A stretch of 64,000 bases of DNA, taken from NCBI GenBank assembly GCA_965203295.1, contig CBDBCZ010000014.1:928001-992000 (forward strand). Direction: 5' to 3'. Of this stretch, positions 53,211 through 64,000 are shown piece by piece. This stretch comes from Nitrospirales bacterium. Its GTDB lineage: Bacteria; Nitrospirota; Nitrospiria; Nitrospirales; UBA8639. Within the stretch, counting starts at the first letter, position 1. Each line of letters opens with the position of its first letter. Position numbers and translations under genes: made by a program. The notes below the pieces were generated by a model. The model was not told where the DNA came from. It saw nothing but the letters and a program-made list of their open reading frames with translations, and searched no databases.

Positions 53211-54842
53211 CTATGTGTAACAGTCACCATGCTGTCGTGATCTGAGGGCTTGTGCTACCTGCGAAGGGCTTGGATCTGCAGAGTCAAAGCCAAGGGCTGG
53301 GCTCCCATCGTAAGGTTTGTGATTTTAGTATGAGCAAAAGGTTACCGTTTATTTGTACATATGATTAGCTAAGAGCTGAGCTGTTATTAACTTCGTATCT
53401 GGTCTTTTTTCCTCTCTCCATAAGTTTCTCCTTCACTGTAAGATTTTTTGTGGTGAAACACACATCACTCTATTTCACTGCATATTCATAGAGGCTGCAA
53501 GATGAGCGTGCAGAGGTGGAGAAACAGAGAGAGTACTTTACCAAGCTAAGGGAGGAATTGCAGCCTGGAAATAAACAGAAGGTGGAGTGCATGGTGCAGA
53601 CTCACAATACAAAATCAACTGACTAAACTAGAGCTGGGATGGGCCAAAGAATTTTGGTACAATTTTTTTTGTGGCCAGCATACCTGATTGTATTGCAATC
53701 TACTGCACATTCTCTATTATACGAAGATACGTAAGTTTAAGTGCTACTGATTATTAATGGAGTTGTTGTAGGTGTTTACAATATAATTCTTAGGATAGAC
53801 TAGTTTAGTGCAGGCGCAATTAATGACATCTCATGATTATATCAATCTTTCACTTGCTATGTATGTACATATAGCAAGTGGTGGGGTTGTGCCTCTACAA
53901 AGATTTGCAGTGGACAGCTTTATAATGTTAATGTCAGACAGGGTAAGAACAATCTCAGGCCCAGCGAACCCCCTGCATGTACAGATTTGGAAGGTATTGG
54001 GGTCAAAGTACAATGTAAGATAACCTTTTCATCTCAGCAGCAAGCCTGCGCTCTAACTGTGACTCAGATTCATGTCTAATCCGATCTTTCGCCTAGTAGC
54101 AGCAAAGGAAAGGGAAATAAGTTCAAATATTTGCACTGTAATATAACGATCATTTGGACAGCTTATTGGAACACTTCAGACTCACTAATGTCTCTACTGC
54201 TACCATGAAGAAGCTGAACATTTAAGAAAACAATTGCTACATTATTCTGCATCCTAACTACATAGGTAAGAGTTGACTCATTAGTCTACCAGGCTATTGA
54301 AAGGTTCGTCACAACTCTGCAGCTGGTTGCTGGTAGTATACGTATACATGTACATCTAAAATGATCAGTAACGTAATTTGGCAAAAACATGCATATGTAC
54401 ACATCACACATATGTATGTTACTTCTCTACATACATCATTCACAAATTACATACCAATTATTATTTCCAGGTCTGCTATCTTGCCATACGAGGCATCTCT
54501 CTCAGGCTGAGCTTGACTCATTAGTTGTTAGTGGGCCTCCAGAACTGCTGCCTATGAAGGAGAGGTACTGGGAGAATCATTTCAACAGCAGTAGATTCAG
54601 CATGGCAGATTTGTCTCAATCGCACCCTTCCCACCTTTTGCTTTTGAGCTTTTTCCCTTTCTCTTTCAATCCTCTAAATTTCTTCATGACCCAAAATATT
54701 CTCCCTATAGCAGCGGTATGTAGATATGGGCTGTATCTCAATTATCGCGAATAGCTAGTATGGTCTAGCTGTTGAGTCTGGTATGTTTGTACACGTATTC
54801 TAGCTGTGGTTATATCTTAATTATTATACTAATAGTATGAAC

Positions 54843-55412
54843 CTGTGTTCAAGCTGTTGCTTCAACTTTGTGATCTCTTGCTTATAGGCTGACAGCAATG
54901 CTTTCTGTGACATGTCCTTGTTGATCTGCGCAGTGGTATTGATACTTTTTGCCCTGAGTATTCAAATGTGGGTATAGAAAGAGAATACTGCTAAGAAAAA
55001 ACTGATAAGGGGCATAATCAACTGTTTTAATAAGTGTAAAGACAAACCAATCTGAAGGAAAGCAGATTTAGCCAGTGACTCTGAACACAACACTAGGTGT
55101 GCTAGTAGTGGTACGTGGCTGCCAGCAGATACGTATACAACTGAACCGTTCCTAGTATGAAATATGTATGTGAACAGACTGCTACGTACTTGCATGTAAC
55201 ATTAATTGAAGGATAATGATAGCATGCTTCCCTTACACCAGAGTAAATTCTCACACACATTTTCACTGTGGGTGCAATTACGTGAAAATAAGTACTGGAT
55301 ACTGTTATGTACATGCGTACCTCTGTTCTTCCAAATCTTATACTTCTGTGTTGCCTCCAAGGCAGTCCTGCAGCAACCGTGTCAGCTTAGAATCTCGATA
55401 AGGAATATACTT
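54843..55412 (-). pseudogene. Kinesin motor C-terminus/neck relic
   Basis: KYIPYRDSKLTRLLQDCLGGNT then a stop (~55412-55338); spliced exon 54953-54843 encoding RAKSINTTAQINKDMSQKALLSAYKQEITKLKQQLEH (neck-linker/coil). Confidence 0.8.
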
Positions 55413-55587
55413 CACACCCGAGGTTGTCAGTGCTATATTACCACCTTCACTACTACACCTTTGCAATTGACAGCATTTCCACTGGGAAAATGGCCATGTA
55501 CACTTTAATAAAAGACTATCAGTGTAACAATCATTTTTTAGCATTCTAAAAGAGCTAGTTAAATAATAATATACTCATGTCACTGCT

Positions 55588-56047
55588 TAGTCTCGTGGGC
55601 CAGCCCACTTCTGCTTAGAGGGAAGGTGGCCTGGGGAGCTGCCATACTGGCATGCGTCGCTCGGGAATTCAATTAGTTGTGCAACAGTCACATGCTGTTA
55701 GTGCATGCTATATATATAGCGTGGGAAAATTACCACGTGTGAGTTTATTAGTGGCTATTGTCTACAGTATATACTACCATAGAACTCCATTACAGAGCTA
55801 TATTACCTATGGTACTACATTATACTTAGTACTGCAGCGCAAGCGGTGCGACGGCACGATGAAATCGGATATTTTCTGCCTTGGCTGTGGCTGCAAGGCC
55901 TTGAAGGGAGGCAGAAGAATGCTGTGCAGTGATGCTTCTCGAAATGGTTTACCAATGTGGGAGAAGATCTTTGACGCAAAGCTGCAAAAACTAGGAAAGG
56001 AGGCTGATAAACAATTAGTCTAGTCAGTCTGGCCACGAGACTGGCTA
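55588..56047. mobile_element. Non-autonomous TAG-terminal element with 9-bp TSD GTCACTGCT
   Basis: tagtctcgtgggccag ... ctggccacgagactggcta, flanked by gtcactgct at 55579-55587 and 56048-56056. Confidence 0.7.
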
Positions 56048-57964
56048 GTCACTGCTGTAGGGCTTACGCCATTGACCGCACACCCACATACGCAGGCGGA
56101 GCTTGTAAGATCTCCAGTCCGAGGACAAGAACAAGAGCAACGAGATGTTTCACCATCTTGATCACCATATAATTTATTATTCCTAGTAATATTCTAGATT
56201 AAACTCTTAACTGGTCATAATAATTAAAGTATACCTGTCCTAATTCTCACACCTTACAGCAAAGCCTGTTCTCAAAAATTTATTGAGAGTACTAAACTCT
56301 TTGCACGATGATACAAATATGCAGCACAATAATCAGTGTACAATGTGTTGGCTAAGTAGTAAGTAACTCAGCTTCACACCTAAGGATTAATTACATAAAC
56401 AGATTCATAGAGGATTCATTTTTGTCTTGAATTTTACCAAAATATTTATATGATCGTTATATGCAGCAATTAACAGAGATTGGGAAGCACACCCCTCCTG
56501 CTGTCTACTGATCATGAATCAAATTTTGAAGAATTATAGCTCTACCTACCTGTCTGTCCACTGGCAATGATGCTGCCGTTTTATCCAAGGAGCACGGAAT
56601 CCACGCTACTTCTCACACATACATCGAATATCACATCTTGAGTGGAGCTGCAGAATGTACAGTATGTACACATTAGGCAAGCATATGCTGGAATTCACTC
56701 CACCATTTGGCAAATAGAGATGTTCATTTTTGTCCCCAGCCAGCAAAAGGCATGTATAGGAATGTAGCATTGGGGGTGGGACTACCCAGCCCACACCTCA
56801 TGCATACTTGGCTGATCGTGTTCACGCAAAGGCCAGCAAGAGCGTGTTTCACTATCATGTCTTCAGGAAACATTTTTATCATCATAATTATGTATTACAG
56901 TACACAGAAAAAACATTATCAGAAGCAATCTGCTATGTGACACTGTGCCTTGATTTTCCATTGTATGTACATAGTGAACTAACCTGGGTCCGAACACGAG
57001 ATCATTGAAGAAATTGTGTGTTCGTGATACGTCAGACCGTATTAGCTCTCCAATTCCGATCTGTGAAGGCACTTCCTTGTGCTCTGCATTAACCTAAACA
57101 CACTGTGTGTGTACATGGAAGAAATACATTTACATGATGCTACAGATACATATGCATACATGGCAACCACAGTTATTTGCAAGAGGCAATAACTGTGACA
57201 CTACGTTATAGCAGTTGTGATAGAGACCCCACCAAACATTGTCAGGGACAGCGCAAGACTCTATGTCAAAGACTTTCAATGTCAATGGCTATCACTTAAC
57301 GTCTAACAGTAAAAAATGTGTCAAAGACTAGCTACTTTCAAGTTATTTCGTAGGTCTACAGAGGTTCGCACTCGAAAAAATACAGCCCTAACAATGCTAC
57401 AGATGAAAGGCTCATCACTGATCATGAGCAGGGCAAGCTTTCTGGTTTCTACTCTACACAGTCTCCTGCAAGCTTTTGTAAACCTCTGTACCGACACGGG
57501 AGCTAGTCTCGCGAGTCTGACTGTACAGGAGCTAGCTAGCATAGCTGACCAAATTACAGTACAGAACGGGTAAGGTCAGTGGGGGGTAACTTCGGAAATT
57601 ACAGTACACAACGGGTACATATTAGCGAGTACAAACTCACATGGCTTGAAATAGTTTTAATCTCCCGTTGTATGAGTGGCCTGACTCGTACAGCAAACTC
57701 TCCTCCCCTCCCTGGCGAGGATTCTCGACGGTTCAGCGCACATGCGCAATTATTGTGTGAATGAATGGGGGTGGGGCTATCTAGACCTGTACCTGTACGC
57801 ATACGCACAGCACTCAGAACTGTGTGGACGCACGTATACATAGATATTATCTACTAGGTGAATGGGGCGAGCGTGAGCGAGTTCATCATGCCATAGATTA
57901 TCTATGATCATACATAGCTGACTTGGATATGCAGGGCTGGTAATGCATTACACTACAAATTTAA

Positions 57965-58107
57965 CCCTTTACCAACCATAAGAAACAGCTTAAAGAAGCA
58001 GAAAAGCCTGTACAAAGTATTAACGCCTAGTATTAAAACCCCCATATAAATTCATATGGGCTTATGGGAGCTCATGACGCATATATGCGTCATTGGTTGG
58101 TAAAGAG
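57965..58107. mobile_element. piggyBac-like MITE with TTAA TSD
   Basis: TTAA|CCCTTTACCAACCA ... tgacgcatatatgcgtca..TGGTTGGTAAAGAG|TTAA. Confidence 0.8.
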
Positions 58108-58946
58108 TTAATGAGAGACATTATAGAGCATGATATATTTTTACATGCAGCGGTATATTACAGTGGTAAACAATCATCATTATGATATAGAAGGATAGGC
58201 TTATAGTTGAGAAAAACTCAAATGTTACTCTGGTTGTTAATGCCTGTGAATGCCAGTGACAATATTGAGGCTGTAGTCAAAGTAAACGGAGGGGCAGATA
58301 GGAGGGAAGTTTCGGTGACGTCTTCATCTTGCATGTGCAATGTCAACAAGTTAAGATTGGTGCCAAAAACATTGTGTTAGGAAATCGGTACCAGCAAGAA
58401 AGGTGAGCTTAGCACTCCACTGTTTCTTGAAGTGTTTCAGTGCTCGAAGAGCATCGCATATACCCAGCTGTTCAGTTGTGGGGGAGATTTGAGACTTGCC
58501 GACTGACAAGGCAAGCTATTAAAGTATGTGTCTAGTGACAGAACAGCTGCAATCTCAACACCAGTTAGCGGCCACCAAATTATGCGAGCCACGGTCACAG
58601 ATGCTGAAGGACGTGTATGCTGCTGTTGTGAATGATGATGACAAGTCCTTAAAGGCAGTTCAGAAGCTCCCGATAAACACCACTGCAGAGAGGGATTACT
58701 CTGCACAGCAGACATGCCACCTTCTCCTCCAGCTACCATGTCGCGGCATCGCGGGACTTCATCATCCTTTGTCCTTGCGCTGCTGCCCTGCGTTCTCGCC
58801 AGCGTGCATGTAAACTTGGTCTCCGCCTTCGCCGTGCTCGCTCGTTCTCTAGCCTTCTCTCCTTCTCCACAGGGGTTTCGGCCGCTCTCCTATCTCTGTA
58901 GCGCTGTCTACACAAGTCACTCATTCTCTCTCTCCGGAGTGCACGA

Positions 58947-59001
58947 AGTCTCGCGGGCCAGACTAACTTTTCGCGAAAAGTTACTCTGGGCCGCGAGACT
59001 A
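58947..59001. mobile_element. 55-bp palindromic mini-element of the TAGTCTCG family
   Basis: agtctcgcgggccagactaacttttcgcgaaaagttactctgggccgcgagacta with agtgcacg on both flanks. Confidence 0.7.
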
Positions 59002-60779
59002 TACAGTGCACGCACGTGTTGTAAGGTAAATGGGGGTAACTTCGGACGCGCTTTTATAGGGGGTAACTCCGGATACTCGCTAGGAAACGATGCACAATGC
59101 TGCGCGCTGTATATCGCACATCGGCCTGGCGAGTGTCGGAAGTTACCCACGTGTCCGTTGGAGAATAATTGCCGCTGAAACGCGCGCCAACAGTTGTTGA
59201 AACAGGCATATGCATGCCAACGTTTTTACGGAATAGACCATGCACGGACGCGCACGCACGCACAGGTCTACTGGAAGGGGGGGGGCGGGGCGGGGCTCAC
59301 TCACGCTCGCCCCAAAAGGGTAAGTAATTGTAAAAATACAACAAATAAAATTATAATAAAAAAGAACACAACAGTTAAACATGTGATGACAGCTTCATCA
59401 CATGTAAATAGTCACAAAGCAAAGTCTCATCCACTTGAATCTTGACTTCCTGCTTCTAAAACCATCTTTATGCTATGGTTCACGGTATTTGCATTTGAAA
59501 TCACCACTGATGCACTCTCTGGTAAAGCTTGTAAATTTTCATTTGGGTGCTCTGATACTGTCGAGCTCCAGCCACTGCTTGGGATGTGTGTGAGCTAGCT
59601 ACCTGCACGGAAGTACAAACATTATACAATAATCAACATGATATTGTAGTTACAGAAACAATATAATAGAGCCAGTAACGCCTCGATACGAATCTGATCG
59701 ATTAGTACGTATGCATAGCCTATTTGTAGAATCTGAATGCCAGAGCTCAGTATGTACATAACAACTTACAATTGTATACGCATTAAAGTAATAGCAGGAT
59801 GATTATTGTTTTTGAAAGCACTGACAGGCTCATGCAGTAGCACTGTGACTTACTCTCTTCTTGTACAGCCTGGTATTTTTCTGCTGTAACTTTACCTTCT
59901 GGCTTCCTACCCTGGGAGGTGAAACATTGTATGAAGCCGGTGATGTAACGAAGAATAACATAAACGCTTGGCCATCATTGCCTCTACCAAGTGTCAGCTC
60001 TAGACTCTACTGCAAGCTCTATATGTATGCCACATCTCACAGTGACCTAATGCACTAGCTGTCACCATAGTCACTGTTGATTCCAGAGGCATTTTTGCAT
60101 GCTTAACGCAAAGAGGTACACAAGCAGTAAATCCTTATTGGTCCCTCTCTCTATCTGCACATGATTGCAGCCATTCATGCCTTTCATTCTCCTTGAAATA
60201 TCCTCAAGTGGCCTAACCAGAAATAGAATTTGTGATAGAGCCAAATTTTCAAACCATAAACTAAACAACTACTCAACCAAGGGAACAAAACTTTCAACCA
60301 CTGCTCAAACTACACAGATGTATCACTATTATTCATCCAATCAGTGGAAATGTACTTAAACATTTTTGTATGTATTTTTATCTTTCCTTATAAAGTTGTG
60401 TAGCAGTTTTATCAAAGAAAACACTGATGTACATGGACTTATACAGAAAATAATGACAGTCTTGCGTCTTCAAGACACGACAAAGACTAGTTATCTAGTT
60501 TTGATTCCCCCCCCCCCTCCACACACACACACTATTTAAAAGTTAGGTATGCATTACATAAAAGTGTGCCAGAGACAGGACACACAGCTAGCAGTTGCAT
60601 TAATTACTGCCTATCTGTGATGGTAGGGAAAATGGAGAAAAGGTGATAATGCGTGACAAAGCGGTGAGGTGGTGTGATGGTAAGATTAAGATTATGATAA
60701 GGATCATACTGGAGTGTGGTATTGGCAGGGGAGATAAACGGGGAGAGTGTTACAGACGATGTTCGAAAATCAAGGAATT

Positions 60780-62755
60780 GGTATAGATAGTTGAAATGAG
60801 GTGATTGAAAGGGCTAATTAAGATTTTCATGAAAACAGGAAAGAGTTTTTGGGCATTTTTTGGCAGGATCTTCAAAAGGTAGTCATAAGGGTATATTGCT
60901 TCTTTGAGGAGTATTCCAGGTTCATGTGCAACCAGCACTAAGGGAGATTTGGAAGTATTTACGTGAACATTATGAAAGGCTGGGTACAGCATCCGTAGAT
61001 GATCAGTTTGATAGTAACTGGAAAGAGCATGTAGAGCAGAAAGTGACAGAGTATAGGGAAATGTCTAGACTACGGAAGGTTAAGGTTTTGGACAGGGGAA
61101 TTATTTTGCAGAAATTTAACTAAAACCCCAAAGAACTAGAAGTCTCTAGCAGAGACATACCGATTGCCAATACGAACACGTGACCAGAGTCCGTATATAC
61201 CCGACCCCCATTGTATTCTAGTTGTGACCGTATTAAAAAGGCAGAATGTACCATTGTTAAATAAGAAAGAGCTGGAGATGAAGCGTATGGAACCACTTTG
61301 GCGACTATCAGGTACACAACCGGACATTTTTTTTTAGATTTCAATGTTGCTGTTGTGTTTAGCAATCGCTTAACCTTGCAAATCGCGAGATAGCCCGATT
61401 TTTGGGTGGACAGACAACGAACGAACGAACGCACGGACGAACAGACAGAATTAATCACTTAACCCTGCCACCGCCTACACACCGCGGGGCAATAATAATA
61501 CAGGAGGTAATGATGGGTTAGTTGGGGAGCTTTTTAGGCACGGTGGCAAAGGAGTAGCTACATGTAGTCTGTTGAAAGTCTTATATGAAGTAGTTTGGAC
61601 AAAGGAGAGTGTTCCTAAACAACAAGGACAAGTGTTAACTTTTAGCTTGTATAAGAAAGGTGATACTGAGGACCTGGGTATTTAGAGGCATTTCATTATT
61701 AAATGTGGGAGGAAAACTGTTCTAAACAATCTCATAGTAATCACATTAGAATGAGAAAGAGCTCTTCATGAAGATTCAGAGAGAAAACGAGTCGTGTTGA
61801 TAGAATTTTTGCTTTCAATGACACCATACCAGGTAGAATGAGGAACACTTATTCTTCTTTCGTGACGTTCAGAAGTATTTGACACAGTTTAACATGATGG
61901 CTTATAGTTTAAGGTATGAGAAATTTGTGTTAGGGGCAGGATGAGGTGAGCTATTGAGGATATCACACATAGTGCTGTTGTACTGGAGGCAGAAATATCT
62001 GATATAGGTCAGGGGGTGGCACAGGGTTGTAGTATGTCGCCTATCCTCTTATCTAACTTTATTAATCAGTTGTTAGGTGAGTTTGAGAAGGCTGTGATTG
62101 GCGTTAATATTAAGAAGTATGTTCAGGTTGGGGGTCTAATGTTTGCCCAAAGATTTTGTAGGTTTAACTACTAACGCTCAGGACTGACAAACATTGATTA
62201 ATGTATTACAGGGGTTTTGTAAAAAATGGAGTTTGAAATCTAACATACAAAAGAGTGCTGTTATGGTAATTTTTTTATAAAGAGGTTGATATAAAGATAT
62301 TCCAGAGGTTGTAAGTTACTGTTACTTGCTGGGCATTGAATTTGCAAATAATGGTTCATGAATAGCCATGTACAGAGGGTAATAAATAGTGGAAAGAAAA
62401 ATCTACATAGGGTTTTAGTAACAGTAATATCAGTACAGTTACAAGAAGGATAAGTATTGCTAGTTTCAGTACTTCACCCTGCTTTAGAATATGGTAGTGA
62501 AGTGTGGGCAGACAGCTTCCTGGAATTTTTCAGCTAGGAGATATTTGGCTGCTCTTCTAAAACATGTAGTGAAGCAGTAAGGGGGGGGGTATGGGGTTAG
62601 AATCTATTGAAAGGCAGGAGGCATCTATAGGTGCAAACTTAAGTGGTGTTATAAAGTCAGTAATTTGTATGATGAGAGATATCCTAGCTTACTAGACAGT
62701 GAGTGGTAAGTGAAATTGTGCAGAGGTAGGCAGAGAAAGACCTGGAGGCAATACG
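60780..62755 (+). pseudogene. Decayed non-LTR retrotransposon reverse transcriptase
   Basis: GNDGLVGELFRHGG, LYKKGDTEDLG..RGISLLNVGGKL, GVAQGCSMSPILLSNFIN, GGLMFA, PALEYGSEVW; many stops and frameshifts. Confidence 0.85.
61134..61495 (+). mobile_element. HINE/DINE-1-like (Helentron-associated) insertion inside the LINE
   Basis: Starts aactaga, carries a gacagacaacgaacgaacg microsatellite, ends in a GC-rich hairpin (taaccctgc...gcggggcaa) plus aataat; interrupts the RT coding region. Confidence 0.55.
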
Positions 62756-63310
62756 TGCTACAACAGCGACACGAATATGTTAATACCTATCTGCATTATA
62801 TCAGCTGCAGTTGATGTGCCATTCTTGTGAAATGTACAAACCTGTGAAACAGTGTATCCATTGCGGACAGTACTGAAGTAAACAGAGTTACTCTTTCGAG
62901 TAGACCTAAAGGTAGAGCTGGCTTTACTGCTCGGGTACTGTGCCACACCTGAGAGAAGAGAGAGCAGGAATATTAAGGTAATAACTGCATGGACAAACCT
63001 GTAAGATCTTACGATAAAGGAGCAGGTACACATAAAAGGCACCGCTCTTGTTGTCTACATGTTTTCACTCAAGAGTTCTACTATAATCTTGTTCATGGCT
63101 AGGAATGATGATGACTTCTTGCACTTACTATTTAAGGTACATGTAGTGGTACCACATCATTGAACACATTAATTACAACTGCTTGCTAACCCTTAGTCAT
63201 CAATGTTTATAGGGGTGAGGATGTTACAAGACTAGATTGCACTATTGCATATCTTCAGTTTGAACAAAATCTACTTTTTCACTTCTTGGAACATAAAACA
63301 GTAAAACGCA

Positions 63311-64000
63311 AAATGCAAAATTTTGTACTTCGAAGTTCCCAAGAAAGCGTTAAAACCTTCTGAGACTTCGCCAAGGCAGAGGTTAAATGAATCTATTGGC
63401 AAAGTAAAGATTAACAGCTAGCTTCTACTGATGAATCAGGTAGTCCTCACAAACAGACACTTTAGTTCTTGTTCCAAAATCTGGCTCCAGGTGGACCAAA
63501 TTTAAAAGGCCTAGCTACTTGATGTAGATGACCAGCTGCAAGTTAGAGACTCAGGTACTTTCCTTAATGGCCCCACTTTACAAACCTCATGGACTCACAG
63601 GATCCTCTTTCAATCTCTTCTGGTGTGTCTGGGTCATCCTGTGAGAAAGGGGGTATATTACGTACATATATGTATGCACAATCATATAGTCTGAGTATGT
63701 GCCTACACATACACTGCAACAGTAGCTATGATGGTACATGTATACAGATAATGCTATCATGCTATCATACTCTGACAATATATACCGGTACTATTGTATT
63801 GTCTATCATTTGAATGCATTCAATGGTGTGTTCACATGTTAGGCATTGTAGTTGTTCCAGTGCTGGTGCTAGCCATATTGGTTAGGCTGTGATTGGTTAC
63901 CAGAGTGCTGCAGCGGGAGCTTTAAAGTAGTACAGCTTGGCTGGTAGCATTATCACAGCTGCTGGCAAAGCTGACCGAAAATTTCCATAGTTCATGGTAG
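63311..64000 (+). repeat. Segmental direct repeat, copy 2, runs off the window end
   Basis: Matches 52530-53210 with few substitutions and a ~10-bp indel. Confidence 0.95.

Larger units (their letters stand above)
57862..59315. mobile_element. Rearranged Helitron/Helentron-like relic
   Basis: Inverted ends ggggcgagcgtgagcgag / ctcactcacgctcgcccc; RepHel-like motif SLKAVQKLPINTTAERDYSAQQTCHLLLQLP (+, ~58570-58740); RRAAETPVEKERRLENERARRRR (-) resembling Helitron N-terminal repeats. Confidence 0.62.

Overview
Eukaryotic, repeat-rich DNA with short GT-AG introns; probably a non-bilaterian animal such as a sponge (inference from MITE and intron style). The first half (1-32617) is one giant non-coding foldback structure. 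From outside in it has: ~100-bp terminal inverted repeats carrying a perfect 20-bp palindrome; mirror-image arms of a 10-bp TGTGTATACY minisatellite punctuated by 14 conserved ~190-bp splice-site-flanked cassettes; mirrored A/T-rich tracts; piggyBac-like inner termini; two outward-facing tRNA-derived Pol III promoters; and a central ~9-kb array of ~115-bp satellite. Next to it lie a decayed Crypton-type tyrosine recombinase, whose upstream hairpin shares sequence with the foldback terminus, an orphan patch of the same minisatellite, and a decayed P/THAP9-like transposase. The rest holds an intron-containing Ginger1 transposon (integrase-Ulp1-PHD, CCGG TSD) nested in a pogo-like element, a spliced Ig-like/mucin-stalk surface-protein gene, kinesin and EGF gene relics, Helitron/LINE relics, MITEs and local duplications. 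Essentially all ORF-track entries in 1-32600 are translations of repeats. Coordinates were read by eye; unit counts and identities are approximate.
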